Shown here: positions 58,310 through 64,000 of the stretch, piece after piece
Layout: each line of letters starts with the position of its first letter
Position numbering within the stretch: position 1 is the stretch's first letter
Source of the DNA: Promethearchaeota archaeon
GTDB lineage: Archaea > Asgardarchaeota > Lokiarchaeia > Sigyniarchaeales > SOKP01
Reading direction: 5' to 3'
DNA length: 64,000 bases
NCBI GenBank assembly: GCA_048941265.1
Contig: JBHLNT010000002.1
Location: forward strand, 20,087-84,086
Made by a program: the position numbers and the translations under genes
The notes under the pieces: model-generated
What the model saw: only the letters and a program-made list of their open reading frames with translations
Told to the model about the DNA's origin: nothing
Database searches by the model: none

Positions 58310-58443
58310 AAAGAAATTCTCGATTTTTACTTATTTTTTTTTTATTTTTCATAAACTTAACCGAATTCTTATTCAATTAAATTTTTATATACTATTCTTT
58401 GATATATTTATAACACATAATAAATATTAAGTTATAGTCGATA

Positions 58444-59847
58444 ATGAGCGAACAAAATTTAATTGAAGCATTCATGAATGAACTTCAATTTGATGTAAGT
58501 GACTATTTGGATTCAGAGTTATCCGATTACCAGAAAAAATTAGTTGAAGACGCTACTTTTATAATGCAAGATAATATCGTGGGTGATATCAAAAAATTAG
58601 GGGGGAATTTCCAAAAAAACAGAGAAAAATTTGACAATTTCTTAAAACGAGCTGAAACCGCAATTAAAAATGAGAAATTTAAGGATTCTGAAAAGGAATT
58701 AAAGCAATTTCTTAAAGATTACTCTAAAAAGCTGCAAGAACTTATTGATAAAACTTGTGTTGCTGTAATTCCTGTAAAAGAGCTACCCTGGGTTGATGTA
58801 TTATTTAGAAGTGTTCCTCGCATAGTATTGGATAATAAAAAAATTGAATTACTTGATAATGCAATCGCCTATTATGGGGAAATTAAGTGTGTAATCTCAA
58901 GAACTACTATCTATGGAAAAATTAAGGATGAAAAACCTTTATTTGCACCTTTAATGGGAGAATTAGAATTACAGGGATATAAAATAGATGATTCTCAGCA
59001 AGACAAACCAAAATCTCTTATTTATCTCTATATAAATGCAATTATAGAATCACTCGACTCTTCTTCAACACGGAGCCAATTGGCGAAATACCATGAAGGA
59101 TATCAACGACATGGAGAACCCATATGTGATTTCTTGATGAATGAAACAGAACTCTTAGAGACCATGGAAAAAATTCAAACTGGGTTAGACTCTGGTCGCA
59201 TTAAATCTGACATTTCAGTATGCGGAATTGCTATACCTTTTCCCTCAGATAACACTAGTCTTATAGTACTTTTAGACGAAAGCAAAGATTCAAAAAAATT
59301 TGGAAATTGTTTTGAGGGATTATTAAGATTTTCTGCCGCTTGTTGTAAAGCTCCCTCCACAGGTATAGGAGCAGGCGTAGAAAAACCAGGTCAAGTATCT
59401 CAACAACAATCCGGAGTAATAAGAACTCCTGGTGGCCAAGAATTAAAAGTCTGGACCGCAGAAGAATTGGCAGAAGAAGCTAGTAAAAGAGGAGGAGGAA
59501 TATCGCCAGATATGGATGTTTGGTCTCCGGAAGATTTACAAAAATTAGCTGAAGAGAGGGGGAGTGGGATACCTGAGGGTATGGAAGTGTGGACTCAAGA
59601 AGAATTGACGGAGTTGGCTAAAAAAAGACAAGGAGGCCTAGATATTCCAGAATGGAAACCGGATGATGACTTGATAGAATGTGTGAAGTGTGGTTACAGT
59701 TTAAGAAAAGGATGGTCTGAATGCCCTATTTGTGAGACTCCTGTAGGATCTCAAGGTACTACTGAATCTATCCCAACTTCAGAACCAGAGCCAGATGAAT
59801 CGAATTCTAAAGATCATATCTCAAATGAGAATTCAGAAAATGAATAA
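58444..59847 (+). CDS. Hypothetical protein with three 23-aa tandem repeats and a C-terminal zinc ribbon
   Basis: VW[TS]xE[ED]L..A..R.GG repeats, CVKCG...CPICE and an acidic tail. Confidence 0.8.
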   Translation: MSEQNLIEAFMNELQFDVSDYLDSELSDYQKKLVEDATFIMQDNIVGDIKKLGGNFQKNREKFDNFLKRAETAIKNEKFKDSEKELKQFLKDYSKKLQELIDKTCVAVIPVKELPWVDVLFRSVPRIVLDNKKIELLDNAIAYYGEIKCVISRTTIYGKIKDEKPLFAPLMGELELQGYKIDDSQQDKPKSLIYLYINAIIESLDSSSTRSQLAKYHEGYQRHGEPICDFLMNETELLETMEKIQTGLDSGRIKSDISVCGIAIPFPSDNTSLIVLLDESKDSKKFGNCFEGLLRFSAACCKAPSTGIGAGVEKPGQVSQQQSGVIRTPGGQELKVWTAEELAEEASKRGGGISPDMDVWSPEDLQKLAEERGSGIPEGMEVWTQEELTELAKKRQGGLDIPEWKPDDDLIECVKCGYSLRKGWSECPICETPVGSQGTTESIPTSEPEPDESNSKDHISNENSENE

Positions 59848-60007
59848 CATTAAGAATTTCTAAAAATTTGATTTATATTTAAGTAAATTTGTACGAAAAC
59901 TTTAAATCAAAAGAAGTTCATAAAGATTTGAATTTTACGAGTAATTCACAACTTTTTTTAATAAAATATTATTACCAAACTTAAAGAATAATATCTTTGG
60001 AATACCT

Positions 60008-61042
60008 TTGTTAACTAATATATTTCTCTTCATAGGAAAAAATTTTCAAGACCTAAATCAGCTTAACATTTATGGGTATCCAAATGATATTATCAATTTT
60101 GATGATAAAGATACAATTAGCAAAGTGATTTATGGACATGATCATGGGGATTTAGTCTCGAATTCTAAAATTCTTAATTCTCAATTTTCACCTTCAAGAG
60201 ACCTTAGCAATGTTGAGGGGCTATACTTGATTGACAATCCCATACCCCAAATAATTGATGGTTTAAACATTTACACATCGTGTATTAATGGAAAAATTAT
60301 CATCGGATTAGTATTTGATAAAGAAGATAACCCATATGACTATAAAGATATTTTTAATGAACTTTTAGATGAGCTTTTAAATGTTGAGAAATCTTGTGCT
60401 TTTGAGGATGAGATAGAAATTGAAAACTTTTTAATTACGATTTTTATAGATATCAGAAGATTTGGAGATGAGCAAGTAGAAAGACGTCCTCAAATTGAAT
60501 TTCGATATCAGGAATCCTTTATAAAAGTATTTTTATTTGGAATTGATGATGTGGGAAAATCCTCGTTAGTAAGAAGAATCAAAACAGGTGAATTTAATGA
60601 TAACTACTTCATGCCCACTAAAAAATTCTCTATTGATTATGTTCAAGCTGAAGAAAAAGGATTCTTGGCTTTTTGGGATATGCCTGGACAACGTTCATTT
60701 CGGAAGAAGTGGCTTATTGGCCTCCAAGATTCTAACATCGTAATTTATATGATTGATGTGGCAAATCAAAGAAGGTTTGAAGAATCAAAAAAAGAATTTT
60801 GGAAAATAATAAATAGGTATGATTTACTCGGAATTCCTGTGTTGATATTGGCAAACAAGATTGATTTAATTCAACATTCAGATGAAATTACGAAAGAACA
60901 ATCTGAAAAATTAAAGAATGAAATTATCACTTACTTTGAATTTGATAAAATTCAAAATAGAGAATGGAAATTTCTTTTTACATCCGTCAAGACGAAATTT
61001 AATATCGAGACAGTTATGAAAGAAATATTTGACTTAATATAA
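60008..61042 (+). CDS. Ras-superfamily small GTPase (Arf/Rag-like) with an N-terminal ~170-aa extra domain (longin/roadblock-like)
   Basis: G1 GIDDVGKS, G2 MPT, G3 WDMPGQ, G4 NKID and G5 TSVK; TTG start. Confidence 0.88.
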   Translation: MLTNIFLFIGKNFQDLNQLNIYGYPNDIINFDDKDTISKVIYGHDHGDLVSNSKILNSQFSPSRDLSNVEGLYLIDNPIPQIIDGLNIYTSCINGKIIIGLVFDKEDNPYDYKDIFNELLDELLNVEKSCAFEDEIEIENFLITIFIDIRRFGDEQVERRPQIEFRYQESFIKVFLFGIDDVGKSSLVRRIKTGEFNDNYFMPTKKFSIDYVQAEEKGFLAFWDMPGQRSFRKKWLIGLQDSNIVIYMIDVANQRRFEESKKEFWKIINRYDLLGIPVLILANKIDLIQHSDEITKEQSEKLKNEIITYFEFDKIQNREWKFLFTSVKTKFNIETVMKEIFDLI

Positions 61043-61131
61043 TTTCTGATCAAATTTTTTTTTTAAACAAATTTTAAATAATTAATGAGATAAATAATAT
61101 TTATTAAAGATATTGAGAGATTCGTTTAATT

Positions 61132-61731
61132 ATGTCTAAGAGATTTAAAAAAACTAAACATGATGATCAAATCATCATTGATGAAAAAAAAGGGCAATTA
61201 TATATTGGAACTAAAGATTTACGGCTCGTTATGTTTCGTCCTATTGATATAATAGAATTTACCGAATTTGCTGGAACCAATGCTGAAGATATCATATTAT
61301 GGGTTGGAAAGACCATCGCAAAATATTTTATCGAAAAATTATTTCCCGGAGAAAACCTTAGCAATGAAGATTTATTGACCAAAAAAGAAGTTGTTTTAAG
61401 TGTTCTTGAAACGTTTGAACATTTAGGCTATGGAGTCCTAAATGCTATATTTAGAGAAAAGGAAGTATATATTCATGTTCATGATCCAGTAATTGCAGAT
61501 GAAAAAGAAAACGTAATGGCTAAAAACGTATGTATTCTTTATCAAGGTATCTTTAGTGGATTACTAGAACAATTAGAAATTGACGTAGAAGGCGAAGAAA
61601 TTGAATGTGCCCTTTTAGGGGGTGAGCACTGTATTTTTAAATACTCTCTTCTGACAGGAGAATTTGGAGCTGAAATTATCGATCCGTTAGAAAGTGAAGG
61701 GGCTATCGTTGATTTCCTAAAAGGCGTTTAA
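61132..61731 (+). CDS. V4R-domain protein (TRAPP/Bet3-related fold)
   Basis: LGYG, NVCILYQGIFSG and EEIECALLGGEHCIF Zn-site pattern. Confidence 0.85.
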   Translation: MSKRFKKTKHDDQIIIDEKKGQLYIGTKDLRLVMFRPIDIIEFTEFAGTNAEDIILWVGKTIAKYFIEKLFPGENLSNEDLLTKKEVVLSVLETFEHLGYGVLNAIFREKEVYIHVHDPVIADEKENVMAKNVCILYQGIFSGLLEQLEIDVEGEEIECALLGGEHCIFKYSLLTGEFGAEIIDPLESEGAIVDFLKGV

Positions 61732-61946
61732 ATTTAATAGGGCTCATATTTCTATATTTCAGATTTTATTAATAAAAATTAGACCTATATTAATAATCAT
61801 TAAATTTAAAAGACTATAGACAGCTTTTACATAAATTAGTACATATAATCGTATTTTAGTTTATTTCTTATAAGCGAAGATATGTAATCTTTAAATAGGA
61901 TTTGAATTTTATAAAAATCATATTTCAAAAATATGTGATTCCAAAT

Positions 61947-63374
61947 ATGACACAAGATAAAGAGGAAGCAATTTCAATAAAATTAGGAAAAGAACAATTA
62001 ATGAAAAAAAGAGTTATTTATGTTGGCGATCGTGTTGCTTTCGGTGTTGTTTTTTCATTTCTAGTCCTTTTCGGCTATATATCGCTTGTTTATCGCAGAA
62101 ATGATATTATAATGATGAATCCGTGGTTCTTTTTGTTTTTAATAATTTTAGGCTTTTTATTTTTTCTTTGGTATGTGTTAACAAATGATGAATTTTATTT
62201 TTCTGAACACATATTTCTTAATTCTAACTTTATTTATGTACAGTTAATATGGATTTGTTGGATGAGTGTGGTAACAAGCTTTTTTGCCCTTTTCTACGGG
62301 TGGCAACACGTTATAGAAATCACAGTGCTTTATTTACTTATGTACATAGTCGGTTACATCTCGGGACGCTTTCTTTGGTTGAATTGGGATAAATTGGGAA
62401 AAAATTCAAAAATTTATTTAATATTTTTCTTAGTTATAGCAGTGTTGATTACAACGATAATTGTTGGCTCAATTTTTCTCAATGCCGGTAATTTACGGAT
62501 GTGCATATTTGTATATCTTTTTGGTATCGGGAGTTTAGGTTCTATGGGCCTAAATGCATTTATGCTGTACTTATATTATGACAAGAGTGGAAATGATGTG
62601 CTCGAGGATCCCCCTAGTTTGCTTGTTATCATCGGTATCATAAATACTCTTATTATTAGTTTTATAGTTTGGTTAATTATGGTCATTTTTATACCATTCA
62701 TACCAGGATCTAAACGAGGCAGCAGAAAAAAAGGAGGAAGTAGTTATCATAAAAAAGGCTCATCATCTGGAGGAAGATTTCCTAGAATTTATCGTACAAG
62801 AAGATATTACTTTTTTGGTCCTAAAATTGAGGAAGAACGCCCTTCAGTTGATCATTATTGGCAAATTGCTATGGGAATCATCGGAACCGAAATTACATAT
62901 AAAAAAGCTGAGGTAGATGAGGCCAAGAATAAAATAATTGATTTATTATATGAAGAAGAAATTATCCCTTCCCAAAAAGACCTCCAAAATATATCAAAAA
63001 TAAATCCCCCTCTCATTGATTTTGCTTTAGATGAGTTAATAAAGGAAAACAAGATCAAATACACTCGACAAACTGCCTCACATTGGTGGACTAAAGGTTA
63101 TAGTCTGACAGTATACTATTACAATAAATTAATTGAGCAAAGAGGGTTAGTCGATAAAGAAAAACTAGAAAAGGATTTCGATAAAAAAGTCGAAATTTTT
63201 CTGAAAGTTGTGAAAGAGAGAGAACCAATTAAAACTAGATACCAACTTTGGGATTTAGCCGTTGATATTGGTTTGAGTCCTAAATGGAAAATCACCCCAA
63301 CATTAAATAAATTAGTAAAACAGAAAAAAATCAAATACTCGCGCAAAATTCCCAAGGGATATTATATTCCGTAA
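61947..63374 (+). CDS. Multi-pass membrane protein with a Gly/Ser/Lys linker and tandem winged-helix-like C-terminal domains
   Basis: About seven TM segments, linker GSKRGSRKKGGSS, then two L..L....I.Y...KGY units (FALDELIKENKIKY...KGY and TLNKLVKQKKIKY...KGY); ATG at 61947 preferred. Confidence 0.7.
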   Translation: MTQDKEEAISIKLGKEQLMKKRVIYVGDRVAFGVVFSFLVLFGYISLVYRRNDIIMMNPWFFLFLIILGFLFFLWYVLTNDEFYFSEHIFLNSNFIYVQLIWICWMSVVTSFFALFYGWQHVIEITVLYLLMYIVGYISGRFLWLNWDKLGKNSKIYLIFFLVIAVLITTIIVGSIFLNAGNLRMCIFVYLFGIGSLGSMGLNAFMLYLYYDKSGNDVLEDPPSLLVIIGIINTLIISFIVWLIMVIFIPFIPGSKRGSRKKGGSSYHKKGSSSGGRFPRIYRTRRYYFFGPKIEEERPSVDHYWQIAMGIIGTEITYKKAEVDEAKNKIIDLLYEEEIIPSQKDLQNISKINPPLIDFALDELIKENKIKYTRQTASHWWTKGYSLTVYYYNKLIEQRGLVDKEKLEKDFDKKVEIFLKVVKEREPIKTRYQLWDLAVDIGLSPKWKITPTLNKLVKQKKIKYSRKIPKGYYIP

Positions 63375-63425
63375 TAATTTTTCTCAGAATTATTATTTAA
63401 AATAATAAATTACAGCAGAAATTTA

Positions 63426-63977
63426 TTATTCATTCCAAGAAATATTTAGATTAAACCAAGTGGAGTTAGTATTCTCATCAAATTCATTAGTCATCTTTAA
63501 TTTTAAACATTCAAACTTAATTTCATGATGAATAATAATACCTTGGAAAACTTCGATAAAACTCTTTATCTCCGGATTTGATGACTCCCAATTATGAATT
63601 ACCTCATCAATACATAAAATTCGATCTTGACTCCCCCTTGTATTCCAAATTCCTTGAACTAACATAATCTTAAATTCTTGATTAAGTTCTTCTGGTAATA
63701 GAGCCATCAAAAAGCTTTTAGTAATATCTTTCGTAAAAGGATTAATTGACCTCTCATCGCCTATCCAATTCCTGTCAAGAGATAATGAAGCCTTAATAAT
63801 TTGATCATCTGAAATGTGGAAGAAAATATCAATAAATTGTTGAAATCCTCCCGGTTTTAGTAAAATTAATTTAGAATTCTGAGGAATTTCTTGATAGCTT
63901 CTATTAATCTCGCTTAAATTAAAAAAAGTAAAAAAATCAGTCTCTTTTAATTTTGAATAAATAACTCTTTGGCACAT
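63426..63977 (-). CDS. Hypothetical protein
   Basis: 183-aa ORF with protein-like composition; no recognised motif. Confidence 0.65.
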   Translation of the reverse strand: MCQRVIYSKLKETDFFTFFNLSEINRSYQEIPQNSKLILLKPGGFQQFIDIFFHISDDQIIKASLSLDRNWIGDERSINPFTKDITKSFLMALLPEELNQEFKIMLVQGIWNTRGSQDRILCIDEVIHNWESSNPEIKSFIEVFQGIIIHHEIKFECLKLKMTNEFDENTNSTWFNLNISWNE

Positions 63978-64000
63978 TATTTATTATAAATATTTTAGAA

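Noticed and set aside
599-63355. Many short ORFs in the track overlapping longer genes (e.g. 599..967, 9760..10038, 17165..17410, 27510..27935, 30018..30350, 46058..46306, 56437..56745)
   Set aside because: They are antisense or off-frame shadows of well-supported genes, with Ile/Ser/Phe-rich composition and no motifs.

Overview
This is an AT-rich, gene-dense archaeal window. The taxonomic call, Asgard archaea and most likely Lokiarchaeia, is an inference from archaeal RadA, EndA, an A/V-type ATPase and archaeal-type GlmU occurring together with longin/uDENN, small-GTPase and V4R proteins. From left to right it contains: (1) an FGGY kinase, CCG Fe-S protein and ADPS-like FAD oxidoreductase operon; (2) a UDP-GlcNAc cluster (glmM, SIS protein, glmS, glmU); (3) MaoC hydratases and a GH13 enzyme; (4) a radical 2-hydroxyacyl-CoA dehydratase-type system with its activase and an SDR flanked by 61-bp direct repeats; (5) a full A/V-type ATPase operon (K-C-H-F-E-A-B-D-I) followed by a Zn-ribbon membrane protein and a second A subunit whose GERGNE motif reads GEPGNE; (6) endA, MEMO1, a coiled-coil protein and PfkB; (7) four OsmC and two nitroreductase paralogues, then radA; (8) an alpha-glucan/nucleotide-sugar cluster; (9) a eukaryote-like signalling neighbourhood. 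The last block is the best candidate for an undescribed system. It has a folliculin/SMCR8-type longin that keeps the arginine-finger 'ARG' motif and is fused to an ACT-like domain, a structured RNA leader before an RHH regulator, a small GTPase with an extra N-terminal domain, and a V4R protein. Several genes appear to start at non-canonical ATT/ATA/ATC codons. I saw no tRNA, rRNA, CRISPR array or transposase. All family calls come from reading motifs by eye; no database searches were run.
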